From Chiloscyllium plagiosum (Eukaryota), in the NCBI RefSeq assembly GCF_004010195.1, contig NC_057719.1, positions 34,089,981 to 34,148,883 on the forward strand: 58,903 nt of DNA, read 5' to 3'. Position numbers and translations under genes: made by a program. Positions 25,301 through 37,484 of the stretch are shown here, in pieces. The notes beneath the pieces were generated by a model. The model did not search any database. It saw only the letters and a list, made by a program, of their open reading frames with translations, and was not told where the DNA came from. The first letter of the stretch is position 1; every line of letters begins with the position of its first letter.

Positions 25301-25745
25301 TTCAGTGGACAGAACCATGCCTGGAGGCATTCGACCATTTGAAATCGATATTAACCACCAAACCTTTCAAATCCTTTAAAGTCGACATTGATGCTAGTGA
25401 CATTGGAGTTGGAGCTGTACTCCTACAGGAAGATGAGGATGGGATTGAACTGCCAGTTGGTTACTTTTCAAAGAAGATCAACATTCACAGAGGAAATACT
25501 CCACAATCAAAAAGGAAATATTGAGCTTGGTACTGGCCTTACAGCATTTTAATGTTCGTGACATACACAATGTGTCGGAGACGATTGTGTGCACTGACCA
25601 CAATCTGTTTATATTCTTAGAATGTTTTAAAGATAAGAATATGAGACTATTTCATTGGAATCTTATGTTACAGGCTTTTAATTTAAAAATTATACATGTT
25701 ACAGGTCAGAAGAATGTAATCGCAGATGCGTTATCGCAGATTTAA
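22390..25745 (+). pseudogene. pol: pol: protease remnant, integrase (~23040-23800), RT (~24578-25150), RNase H (~25198-25745)
   Basis: FYWPGMHKDVANFCHTCHTCQ, IIDCVG, QSDQGS, SSAYHPESQGALE (IN) lie upstream of [38 protein letters not shown] (RT) and DASDIGVGAVL, TDHN, NVIADALS (RH). Confidence 0.92.
23881..24041. mobile_element. Palindromic Penelope-terminus insertion (family A) inside Gypsy pol, 15-bp TSD
   Basis: caaggtata(a/g)aatga at 23866-23880 and 24042-24056; contains ctgaagaagagctcatgcccaaaacgtc, a hammerhead core with G>A in GAAA. Confidence 0.85.
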
Positions 25746-25912
25746 CTGAAAGTTTAGATGAGATTTGTCTTTATTTCATGTTATACAGGTATATGGAAAA
25801 AAACTTAAGGTGAACTTATATTAAAGTTATCTATATGCTTGGGTAGTGTGTTTTAAAAGGTTAAAAAAAAGCCATCTTCTCATTATGATAATGCATTTTC
25901 TTAGAGGGGATG

Positions 25913-26591
25913 TGTTATGAAGATGTGGGTTTGAGAGTTCAAAGTGGCAGAACTACCAGATACAGCACCAAGTGTTCTCAGAAAGGTAACAATGTAACGC
26001 TCAATCAAACAACTCGATTAGCTTGTGGTCTGGAGACAAAAGGAAATTTGAATTTGGCCAATCAGTTTAAATTATACCCTGAAAAAATACCCAATTCCAA
26101 TCAAGTTTGTATTGAGTATATTGACAGTCTTAAAACCCAATGACACAATCCAATGCTCTGGGGTATAAGACCGGGGAACATTGAACAGTTGAAAGGATGT
26201 ACCAGACTGCTTGTAAAAACACCTCTCTTAAAAGTCCCTCTTTGATCAGTAACCTGCGATGATGCAGAAATTCTTAACAAGGAGAAAAGAAGACACTGGA
26301 TGGTCTGAAGACAAGAACCTGCCGCTGCCTGGTTTTGAGATAAGGAAAAGTTGTTTTGTAAATCGTAATTGGGGGTTTTATCAGACTAGTATTATAGAAG
26401 GGAAGATAAAAGATAGGTTAGAGAAAGAAATAGTAAATAGTGGTTAGTTAATTATTCTCTGTTATGCTTTAAGAAATAAAGTTGTTCATTTTTACTTTAC
26501 ATAGTTCTTGGCCATGAATTACTGCATGGGATAAATCTTTTCTGTGTTGCTGGTTTTAAATTAAGCAGGAGAGTTTACCCGGTGTGTAACA
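25913..26591 (+). repeat. 3' LTR preceded by a polypurine tract
   Basis: agagggga PPT at ~25903-25910; TGTTA...TAACA termini; aataaa at ~26475. Confidence 0.92.
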
Positions 26592-26644
26592 ATTAACATC
26601 AATACTTTGCCTGCTGTCATTTCATAGGTGTCTTTTTTGTTTAA

Positions 26645-26815
26645 AATCAGAAGTCTCATGACACCAGAGCGCGGCTCCTTCACCAGGATTCCACCTGATG
26701 AACAAGCAGAAATCCAAAAGCTTCTGATTTCAAAAAAACCTGTTGGACTACAAACTCGTGTTGTATGACTTCTGACCTTGTCCACCCCAGTCCAACACTA
26801 GCATCTCTACATCAT
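26645..26815 (+). mobile_element. Penelope-like terminal repeat fragment (family B-related), degenerate hammerhead
   Basis: cacctgatga...aaagct...gttggacta...caccccagtccaacac is homologous to 49247-49372; short inverted front piece. Confidence 0.75.
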
Positions 26816-28755
26816 CCTTCTTGTTTGTTACTTACTTTTTCGATATTTTCCTCTGAACAACCGAGATATTTCAGATGAAAGTCATCTTACAATGTGCAGA
26901 TTAGAGTCCCCTGACATAATTAGGCTTAGTCAATGTTTCCTGAACCTGAATCTGTTGACCAACATCATGATCCCAGTTCTGTGTGAACAGCTATAAGAAT
27001 TATTTTTTAATGTTGCTGGAACGAGAAAGTTGTTGTCATGTTCTGCCATTTGCTAATTAAACTCAAATCTTATAGCACAAAGACCAAACTGGAGCAATGA
27101 AATTTCAATTATGTATCCTAATAATTGAGCTAGACTGTCATAGACAAAATAGATGGTGTTACATTTTCTTGCATCTTCAACCAGAAAACATTTGATTATT
27201 GAAAATGAGGTGATCATTCATTCTACCTGAAACATTGATTTTACCCTTGACATTTTCCCTACATTCATGAAGAAAACTTTTTCCAGGGTTGGGGGTATTT
27301 GGAATTGGCTGTCCAGAAACCCTCATCTCCTCAAAAAATTCTGGATTAGCATCTGTTATCAACAAGGCTATGGACAGGTGCTGGGTGTAGAATTAGGATG
27401 GATGGCTAATTTATTCAGTCAGCACAAGCAAAATGCCTTTTTCTGTGCTGTACCTTTTCTATGTTTCCTCTCTGGTGGGAATACATCATAATCCTCACTG
27501 ATGGTAAAACTGAGTAAGTCAGGATTGCAGTGTGAAGCCTGACTTGTGAGACCGTAAGTTTTATTTTTGCAGCTTGTTTACAGCAATTGTCAGTCAATGA
27601 ACATATTGACAAGAGGATGCCCATATAATTACGACTAATGGACATCAAGGTTCATTCCAAAGAGAAATAATACCAACTATATTAGACTCTACATGAACTA
27701 GTTGAAGCAATCTTTGTCCTCAATAACAACCTCACAGGCACTTAGACCAAGTGGAACCAACAGCTCATTCTGCAAGAATGTGGCTGTTAGCACCTGGCCA
27801 GGCAGTTCCAGGCCTGATTCATTCCACATCTGTAGATACTTGTATCTTGTCATTCTTAGATATGTGCTATACTTTTAAGGAACATGCTCTTGATGTCATC
27901 ACTGCATCATGATGGTATAAAGGTCTCAGTATCCATCTGACTGTGTTATGTTCTTTTGCAGCATGACACACTAAGGGGAGTCTGCCCCAGTATATCGGAA
28001 GTGCTTAGCATGAGGACAGACACGCAAGTGCCTGTGATTCTGCTGTACAAATGTAAATATCCGATGTTGTCATAAGCATTCATTGAATTCTTCACTATTA
28101 CATGAACTATGTCATCATTCTGTGGTCAGGTGACCAATGACCTACAAGATTGGATAGATTTTCATAAGCATGGATACAAATCTCAATGTGGAAGTCAAGT
28201 TTAAACCTAGCTGGACTCTGCAATTCGCAAACTGCAGAGCTCGACCACAGTATTCATAAAGCCACGCCTTAGACAATCAACTTCCCATTGAAACCAGACG
28301 GGCCTGGAACTGCCTGGCCAGGTGCTAACAGCCACATTGTTGCAGAATGAGCTGTTGGTTCCACCTCCAGTGAAGTGTTTTGTTAGAATGCTACACAGAC
28401 TTGGTGGTGCCCAGCTCGGTAGGTGGCCAGAGGTAGACTGTGACAAGGAGAGTGTTGAAGGTTCAAAACTGTGTTCCATAACCGCCCAATATGGAAAGTA
28501 GTCACCTCATTGGATTTTCCTGCCTTCACCCAATGCTAATATTGGACACAGGTTACAGAATATTCAAGAAGGGCACAAAGAAGGAATAAAAGGGCAACTG
28601 TGAGCCCCATCTCTCTCTGTTTTTTTAACTTCTTCAATAGCATCTCCAGAGAGCACCTTCAACTGGCAGCGCAGCATCTGCAGCTCCCTGTACCTCATAG
28701 TTAGCATCATCAGATTGGCCTGACCCAGAGACAACCTCAGTGAGACCACCAGAAG

Positions 28756-28789
28756 TTGATCTCCAGCATCTGCAGACCTCACTTTCTCC
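28756..28789 (+). mobile_element. 34-bp Penelope-terminus (family A) stub between 36-37 bp direct duplications
   Basis: gatctccagcatctgcagacctcactttctcc; flanks 28719-28755 and 28789-28825 are identical. Confidence 0.8.
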
Positions 28790-28872
28790 CTGACCCAGAG
28801 ACAACCTCAGTGAGACCACCAGAAGGTCAGAACCAGCCCTAAATGAGAAAGAGAGCCCAAATCAACAACTTG

Positions 28873-29166
28873 GGCGGCGTGGTGGCTCAGTGGTCAGCAC
28901 TGTTGCCTCAACGCCAGGGACCCAGGTTAAATTCCAACCTCGGGCAACTGTCTGTGTGGAGTTTGCACGTTCTCCCTGAGTTTGCGTGGGTTTCCTCCCA
29001 CAGTCCAAAAATGTGCCGGTCAAGTGAATTGGCCATTCTAAATTGCCCATAGTGTTAGGTGCATTAGTTAGAGGGATATGGGTCTGGATGGGTTACTCTT
29101 CTGAGGATTGATGTGAACTTGTTGAGCCGAAGGGTCTGTTTCCAAACTGTAGGGAATCTAATCTAA
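28873..29166 (+). mobile_element. HE1 V-SINE
   Basis: ggcggcgtggtggctcagtggtcagcac head, V-domain, aatctaatctaa tail. Confidence 0.93.
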
Positions 29167-29532
29167 CTGCACATCCTGAAACACCAACCAGTCCTCAAAG
29201 ACCAAGGAATAACCTATCCCAGCTTTAAGGAATGGGTATTACTAATCCTTTCAGGGGAAAAAACAGTTCAAATACAGTAGTGAGACTGATGGATAGGGTG
29301 TAGTGAATCCTTGGAAGTGCTAATCAGAATTGGATAACTGGTATAGATTTGAGCTTTAGAGATTTAAGACGGTTTACTGAAGAATCCTATGAAGAGAGAT
29401 AGAGTTTGATAGAGTTTAGTTAAAGTACAATATTAAAGTATGATAAAGATTGATTTTTCCTTGATAAAGTGTTCATCAAAGGTGTATTGAACTTTCCATT
29501 TGCTCTTGTCCCCTTTGTCTATCGAAACATAT

Positions 29533-30235
29533 TGTTATGACACTGGGTAAACCCTCCTGCTTAATTTAAACCAGCGCCACAGAAAAGATTTATCCCGTGT
29601 GGTCATGTGAAAATTCAAGAGGCCAAGAACTATTTAAAGTAAAAATTAACAACTTTATTTCTTAAGGTATAACAGAATAATTAACTAACAACTATTTACA
29701 ACTCCTTCCTCTAACCTATTTTTTACCTTCCCTTCTACAATACTAGTCCGATAAAACCCCCGGATTAAGATTAACCAAAAATTCCAGTTTTCAAAACCAG
29801 CCAGATGTCAAATCTTCTTTTTCTGTCTTTTCTTCTTCTTCTTAGGGATTTCTGTTTCACAGGTCACTCATCGAGAAAGGTACATTTAAGAGAGCTATTC
29901 TCTGGGCAGTCTGCACATGATGGTGACTTGGCAGTTTTCCTTCAACTGTTCAAGCTTTCCTGGTCTTATACCCCCAAAGCATTGGATTGTGTCAATGGCT
30001 TTTAAGATTGTCAGTATACTAAATTCAAACTTGATTGGAGTTTGGTATTTTTGGGATATAATTTAAACTGATTGGCTGAATTGTAATTTGTTTTTGTCAT
30101 CTCCATGCAACACAGCTAATCTAGCTTTCGACCAAGTTGTTATATGTTCCTTTATTCAGAACACTTGGTGCTGTCAGGTGGTTCTGTTAGCTTTTAACTC
30201 TCTTAAAAGTACAGTACACCCACATCTTCATAGCA
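29533..30235 (-). mobile_element. Solo LTR of the Gmr1-like family
   Basis: Reverse complement homologous to 25913-26591 end to end; TG...CA termini; TSD ATAT at 29529-29532 and 30236-30239. Confidence 0.92.
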
Positions 30236-30299
30236 ATATAATGCAGCTAAGTTTTGTCTTCCCTCTAGATCACAATACCAAACAACACCAGCCTGCATC

Positions 30300-31550
30300 A
30301 CAGTTGCCACTTGGGCTTAGAGCAGTCTCAGCCTCCAGTGAGAATGCCCGACAATTGAAGATCAATATCCTTCTCCACTTCACCAGCGTAAGTGCCACCA
30401 TTTTTTCTCTGATATCTCACACTCTCACTATTTCTACTAGTATACCTACCCTCACCTAGGCTCATACCTTATCACTATTTCTATTGCATGCAAAATCTGC
30501 TCCACTCTCCTTCATCCACCCCAATCTGCGAACCTACCAATCCTGCATGCCCTCTGCATGGCTTGCTCACTCAAGCCCCACCTCCAACAACAATGAGAGC
30601 TGTGCCACCCACTTCCATCTTCTATGATAGTTGCCTTATCTCATTCCAGAAGCAAAACAGTCCACAATTGGTCAGAAAGAGTTTGGATTAGTGGAGTGCT
30701 GCCTGTCAATTTACACCTCACCTCATGTAGCAGAGGATCTTGACTCTCACTGCCCTGAGCAGAGCCTGGACATGTACAGGATCCTGAACCTTGATCGACT
30801 GTGGTGCTGGAAATCCCCAAACAAAAGATATCCCTTCGACTCCACTAAGACCTGCTGACAACCATGGCAAGCCTCCTGACTTTGTGACTGTGCTAAGTGG
30901 CGCTATATGAACCTGGTAAAGAGGGCATCTCTGGCTAAGAGGACAATGCGCAAAAAGGCATGGTAATGCAAGACAGAAAAGCTGCAAACATCCAGCTACA
31001 CTCAGCATCAGTGAGAGTAATGACAGCAAGTGAAGAGCCCAGAGATGCAGCCTGATCCAGTTCATGAGCTGGGTGTGTCCCCCTGAGTGCAGCAGCCTTG
31101 TTGCACATTACAACGATAGTCGCCTTTACAGCCCGAGATGCAGTATTGAAGCTCAGAAGCAACTTGTAAGTGGATCGGAGATGTGCCATGAGAATTCAGT
31201 TTGGTACATGTCTGATGCCAATGGTCATGGGGTGCGTATGGCCAGTGCCCATGGAGTATGCCTGAGATATTGGTGCCCAGTGTACAACATGGAGATCTTT
31301 TGGAGCCAACAGTGAGTTGAACCTGTCAAAAATCATGTGAGTTCCCATATTGAGTTTTCTCAAAGGTTAGACGACAAGCTATGGTAAGATGGACTGTAGC
31401 AAGAATCTCACCATGCCACCTGAGCAAAGCATAAAACATGTGGCAAGATGATCTTGATATTAAGATGGGCCTTTTTGAATATCTTGCCTAATTCTGCCTC
31501 ACAGCTCACTGTAGCCTATATCGCTCAGAGCTGAAACAATTACCCTCTAT
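30300..31550 (+). mobile_element. PIF/Harbinger remnant (Myb/SANT-like ORF exon near 30650-30790)
   Basis: After acceptor ctcattccag: KTVHNWSERVWISGVLPVNLHLTS, resembling the K.AHNRRE...TGGG.P....LT motif of Harbinger Myb-like proteins; heavily decayed. Confidence 0.45.
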
Positions 31551-31667
31551 ATCTTTCCTAACATACACAATATAGAAACACAAATCAAACTTAAAGCTAC
31601 ACATGGTTCTGCCCAATTTTGAATGCAAGTTTCAAGTTAAAACAAATAGCATATAATAAACTTTTCT

Positions 31668-31840
31668 TGAGGGTGTGATGGCGTAATGATATTATCATGA
31701 AACTATTAAACTCAGTTAATGCTCTGGGGAACATTTCTTCCAGGTTCAAATCACACCATGGCAGATGGTGGAATTTGAAAACAATGAAAAATCTGGAATT
31801 AAGGGTCGAATGAAGATTATGAAACCATTGTTGATTGTTA
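31668..31840 (+). mobile_element. 5' half of a tRNA-derived SINE (3' half at 34356-34780)
   Basis: B-box-like ggttcaaatc, then accatggcagatggtggaatttgaa; breaks at attgttgattgtt. Confidence 0.65.
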
Positions 31841-33720
31841 GTGCCAAATCTAATGTGGCCTTGCCCCTTGTTAGCCTGTCTACATACTGTGTCAGGAAAT
31901 CCTCCTGCACACATTGAACAAAAACTGACCCATCTAAAGTACTATTACCAGTCAATATATGGAAAGTTAAAATTCCCCATAACAATTACCCTGTCACTCT
32001 TGCTCCTATCGAGGACCATCTTTGCTATCCTTTCCTCTACATCTCTGGAACTATTCGGAGGCCTATAGAAAACTCCCAACAGGGTGACTTCTCCTTTCCT
32101 GTTTCTAACCTCAGCCCATACTACCTCAGTAGAGGAGTCCTCCAACCGTAATACAATCCTTGACAAACAGTGCCACACCATCCCCTCTCTTACCATCTTT
32201 ACTGTTCTTACAGAAACATTTAAATCCCAACAACATTCCAGTCCCTGCTCTATCCATGTCTCTGAAATGGCCACAACTTCGAAATCCCAGGTACCAACCT
32301 ATGCTGCAAGTTCACTCACCTTATTCTGGACGCTCCTGGTATTGAAGTAGACACATTTCAGACCAACTTCTTGCCTGCCAGTGAACTCTTACGATCTTGA
32401 AATCTTCATCCTGACTTCACTACTCTCATCTTGCAGTATACTCGGACTATAGTTTTGGTTCCCATCCCCCTGTTAAATTGGTTTAACCCCAAGCAAAGAG
32501 CATTAGCAAATCTCCCACCCCCAGGATATTGATACTCCTCTGGTTCAGGTGAAGACCATCCTTTTTGTAGAGGTCCCACATACCCCAGAAAGAGCCCTAA
32601 TTATCCAGGAATCGAAAACCCTCCTTCCTGCATGACCCTTGTAGCCAGTGTTCAACTCCTCTCTCTCACTATTCCTCGCCTCGCTAGCATGTGGCATGGG
32701 CAACAAACCAGAGATAACAACTCTGTTTGTTCTAGCTCTTAGCTTCCACCATAGCTCCCTGAATTTCTGCTTTAAACCCCCATCTCTCTTCCGACCTATG
32801 TCGTTGGTGGCTATGTGGACCACAAATTGGGGCTGCTCCCCCGACCCATCAAGGATCCCGAAAACACAATCAGAGTCATCAAGAACCCTGGCACCTGGGA
32901 GGCAACACACCAACTGTGAGCCTCTCGTTCCCACACAATTTCCCATCTGTTCCCCTAACTATGGAGTCTCCAATGTCTAATGCTCTGCTCCTCTTCCCCT
33001 TTCCCTTCTGAGCAACAGGGACAGACTCTGTGCCAGAGACTTGTACCCCATGGCTTACTCCTGGTAAGTGGTCTCCCCCAACAGTATCCAAAATGGTATA
33101 CTTATTGTTGAGGGGAATGGCCACAGGAGATCCCTGCATTGCCTGCCAGTTCCCTTTCCTACCCCAACAGTAACCCATCTACCTTCTTCTTGTACCTGAG
33201 GTATGACTACCTCCCTGTAACTCCTCTCAATAACCCCCTCCATCTTCCAAATGATCAGAAATCCATCCAGCTCCAATTTCAGTTACATAACGCGGTTTTC
33301 AAGGAGCTGGAGTTGGGTGCACTTCCCACAGATTCAGTCAGCAGGGACACTAGTCATGACCCTTACCTCCCACATTTTATTCAACTGCCCTAACATCCAT
33401 TCCCACTATTCTAAATTCCCAACTAGACTATTGAAAAATTAAACAAAAAAGAAATCATTCACCTTACCAATCTGCACACGGAACCTTTTTTTTGGTTAGA
33501 GGAGAAGGACAGGTGGGTGACACTACCCGATTGGTGTTTCCAGTGAAGCAACCACCCAAATATAAAGCCTCACTTACCCAGCAATCCTGTGTCCACTCCT
33601 GCTCAGTGTGTACTCCGCCTATACATGAGGTAAGCTTTTATAACTTATAACATTTACCTTCCAGTCAGGCCTCTGGTCCTTGCTGTCACTCCTCCCACTC
33701 CAACTGCCACCGAAAAAAAT
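31841..33720 (-). mobile_element. CR1 LINE 5' portion: ORF1 SGNH esterase and ORF2 APE endonuclease start
   Basis: IGDSIVRGTD, VCCLPGARV, VVHIATNDIGRK (ORF1); AISETW, LLGVFYRPPNS, VMGNFNFPYIDW (APE). Confidence 0.9.
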
Positions 33721-33786
33721 ATGAAGGACCAGGCTAGCCCCCTCAAAACATTTCAAGAAGGTAACCCAGACTCTAACCTTGTTAGT

Positions 33787-34355
33787 TGTTTTAAGCAGGT
33801 GTATGGTTGATATTCCAGGGGAGAATCGGCTGGTCAAACCACATAATTTCAAACAAAACAGCATTTATTTACAAGATTAATGAATGAAACACAAACAACA
33901 GAAGACCAAATAACTTAACCTCGCTGAAAACCCAACAGACCATCCCAATGTCATGATGCTGTTCCAAATATTTGCAACAATCCCCATAAACACCCCTTGG
34001 CACAAAAGATAAAATCAAACATAGGGTCTTACAGGGTAAAAGTCACAGAGAGAGAGTACCAGCCTATACCTGTTTCTTTGGATCCAGCAGCTTTTTCCAC
34101 TTTACTTTAAAAACCAAACCAAAACCAGAGTAAAGCCAAGCTGGGAAAACTAGCCAGTTCCCCTTTCATTGTACAAGTGTTTTTTTTTCCTTAAAACTGG
34201 AAAGCCTTCTGCCTGAGCCAGTATCTGTTGGCTATTATCAAATTAGCTGTGAAACCCTTTAACCCCAGACTTTTCAGAGTCTGTGTTATTTAGAACCTCT
34301 CTGGAAAATAACACCAAGGTCAACATAACCTTGTCAAAGAAGCAGCTTTATCACA
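33787..34355 (-). mobile_element. Probable solo LTR of a second family
   Basis: TGT...ACA termini, ~570 bp non-coding, minus-strand aataaa at ~33864-33869, located inside a split SINE; no clean TSD seen. Confidence 0.45.
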
Positions 34356-34780
34356 TATAAAAACTAATCTGGATTCACTGATGTTGTTTCGAGAAGCAAA
34401 CTGCCACTTTTACTGGACTTGGCCTACAATGATTCCACAGTGGAGAGTGTGGTGCTGGAAAAGCACAGCAGTCAGGCAGCACTGAAGAGCAGGAGAATCG
34501 ATGTTTCAGGCATATGCCATTCATTAAGAATGAGGCTCATTCCCGATGAAGAGCTTATGCTGAAATGTTGATTTTCCTGCTCCTCAGATGCTGCCCGACC
34601 TGCTGTGCTTTTCCAGCATCACACTCTTAACTCTGATCTCTAGCATCTGCTGTCCTCACTTTCTCCTACAATGACTCCAGACCCACAGCTATATTATTGA
34701 CTCTTATCTGGGCAATTATGGATGATGAATAAATGCTGGTGTAGCCAGAGATGCCCATATCCTATGAGTGAATAAAAAAA
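34356..34780 (+). mobile_element. 3' half of the split SINE (L2/CR1-group tail)
   Basis: aaaactaatctggattcactgatg...gactccagacccacag...aataaatgctgg..gcc..agatgcccatatcc..gaataaaaaaa. Confidence 0.7.
34438..34665. mobile_element. Palindromic Penelope-terminus insertion (family A), 14-bp TSD
   Basis: ctacaatga(t/c)tcca at 34424-34437 and 34666-34679; two inverted arms, each with a decayed hammerhead core. Confidence 0.85.
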
Positions 34781-35719
34781 ACACAGGGTCATAATGTAGA
34801 TGTACAGCAGCACACAGAGGCTTTACTGCAGATGTTGTGGGCCATATGTTACTGCTCTCGTAATAAAGCTGCTAAGCCTCATTGGATTAGCAATCGATGG
34901 TTTGCTGCATGTTTCTTTAACACTAATGAGAAAAATTGACCAACATAGCTCAAATAAATGTAAATTGGCCACTTCTTTGACATTTAATGCCTATGCTTTC
35001 ACATCGTTACAAATGAAGGCACGACTGAGGAAATGGAGCTGGCTCTCATGTGGACATGGAAGAAGAAAATAACCACAACCACAGATAGAACTATGCCTGT
35101 GAAAGACACCTAAAAGGAAATATCAAGCTATTGTTCAATTAAGGTACAGATTTTACAGATACGTTATTACCATTGGAGTACTTTCAAATATATAGGTGTA
35201 AAAATGCAGTTAACTTTGACAGCCTTTCACTATAATTGAAGTTGTTAAATTTGATGTCGTTTTTAAGTAGTTTTCTATGTTTTCTGTGATCTGTAACAAA
35301 GATTAACCTGAACACATCTGTGACTCATTACAAATCTGGCAATCAAAGGATGGAAAGTGGCCCTGGGGAGCTGGTTTTTAGCTGATCACCGGACTGTATT
35401 TCTTTTCAAATTTCTCCCAACTCCAAAATAGGTAGGGGAATAAAGAACGCACAGAAATATATTAATGTCTATTAAACAAAACAGATGGAAAAATAAATCT
35501 TATTAATAAAAATCGAGAAAGAAACCAGAGTTAACTTTGGAAACAGAGCTAAATGTTTACAATGATTTAATTTTGTTTCAATAAGTAAAAGCAAAGATTT
35601 GGTGTATTGATGTGTGCAATAACATTAACAATGCATTTTGAATGCCTTTCCAGTATTGTTACAGTGATTAGTTTAGAGTTGCAGAATTAATAAATATGAA
35701 CATAAGAACTGAATTCCAG

Positions 35720-36808
35720 AGGTGAGGTGAAAATGACTGCTTTTGACATCAAGGTAGCATTCAAAACTGAATGGGAATCAAGTGGAAAATGATTGAAGTC
35801 ATATTTGGCACAAAGGAAAAGGCTGTGGTGGTATTTAGAGGGCAGTCATCCCCACTCCAGGACATCTCTACAGCAGTTCTTCAGGGGAATGTCCTAGGCC
35901 CACCATCTTCAGCTGCTTCATCATAAGGTCAGAAGTGCAGAGGTTCGCTGATGATTGCACAATGTCCCACACTGTTTGCAACTCTTCAGATAATGAAGCA
36001 GTCAAAGTCCAAAAGCAGCAAGACCCAGACAATATCCAGGATTGGGGTAACAAGTAACTTCATGCCACACAAGTGCCAAGCAATAATCGTCTCTTATAAA
36101 AGTCAGTCTAACCACCACCGTTGACAATCAATAGCATTACCATCACTATCCCACTATCAACATCCTAGTTGTTACCATTAACTGGAAACTGAACTGAACC
36201 AGCTACATAAATATTGTAGCCACAAGAGCAGATGATAGGCTCGGAGTCTTGCAGTGTGTAACTCATCTCCTGATTCCCCAAAGCCTATCCATCAACTACA
36301 AGACAGGAGTGTGATAGAATATTCCCCTCTTGCCTGGATGAGTGCAGCTTCAACAGCCCTCAAGGATCTTGACACCACTTAGGACAAATCAGCCAACGTG
36401 ATTGACACCACATCCACAAATATTCATTCCATCAACCACCAATGGTCAGTGTGTCCCATTTACAAGGTGAACTGTAGAAATTTACAAAGGATCCCGCGTC
36501 AGCATTTTCCATAACCATGACTACTATCATCTACAAGGACAAAAACAGCAGGCAGGTAGGTATGCCACCACTTACACAATCTCCTCCAAGTCATTCACCA
36601 CCTTGACTTGATAGTATGTCACCATTCAGTGTCACTGGCTCAAAGTCATTGAACTCCTTCCTTAATGGCATTGTGAGTGTACTCACAGCACATGGATTGT
36701 AGCAGTTCAGAAAGGCAGCTCATCAGCACCTTCTCAAGAGCAACTAGGGGCATGCAATAAATTCTGGCCCAGGCAGCGATGCCTACATCTCAAGAGTGAA
36801 TTTAAAAA
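35720..36808 (+). mobile_element. L2/CR1-group LINE 3' part, degenerate
   Basis: Homologous to 11800-12900 and 14374-14737 (FADDCT-like ttcgctgatgattgcac; same tail). Confidence 0.8.
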
Positions 36809-37484
36809 TACACAAGTCTACTGCTCTATTAATGCCATTTTTGGATTTTGGTTTTGCAAAATAACCTGTGAGGTAAAAGAAAATCAAGAGAATGGCAGGG
36901 TTTTTCTGAGAGAATTTTCTCGAATTGTCAAAAATGTGGAGGCCAAGATATCTGACTATCTGTCATCTTGCTGATGTCTGATCATTTTGCCTTGTTGTAC
37001 AACCTCAGCTTTTATTCCCTTCACTTAGAAAATTCCAGGATGATCCAGTGAAGATGTTTAACATGTGGAAGGGAGTCAATGATGCGGTCGACTGACAGTT
37101 TTGCAATTGGATCAAAGTGAAATGAACCTCACCCAAAATGAGCTCCTTCCAGTTGGCATACTGATCCAAGGGGTGGGAGAAATTGCAGGTCAGCTGCATA
37201 CTCAAAACCAACTTGTGGTGGGAGTTAAAATGATTGCCTGGTTTCTGCCCCAGTGGTCAGCATTAAAAGCATCTCTAAAGCTTTCCAGAATTAATGCTGT
37301 TTATAAATAATCCAATGCACTAAAAGCAGAATGTCACCTTCATACATTGAGATCATTGTCATAGAAGAGCATCAGGATAAATCCAGATCACAGAAATAGC
37401 AGCATTTTCTTTTAACTCTTGGATCGAAATATCAATGTAACCGCTGCAAAGGGTTTGAAGAATCATTTGATTTCTCATCAAGTA

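Larger units (their letters stand above)
19244..26591 (+). mobile_element. Full-length degenerate Gmr1-like Ty3/Gypsy LTR retrotransposon
   Basis: Two homologous LTRs; 4-bp TSD ATTA (19240-19243 and 26592-26595); PBS; PPT; domain order gag-PR-IN-RT-RH; many stops and frameshifts. Confidence 0.93.

Noticed and set aside
28719..28825. CRISPR-like repeat-spacer-repeat (37-bp repeats, ~33-bp spacer)
   Set aside because: Only two repeats, eukaryotic context, no cas genes, and the spacer is a known repeat end from this window; it is a target duplication
35000..35110. Minus-strand hydrophobic, transmembrane-like exon (VSFTGIVLSVVVVIFFF)
   Set aside because: Explained by T-rich composition; weak donor, early stop and no recognisable family
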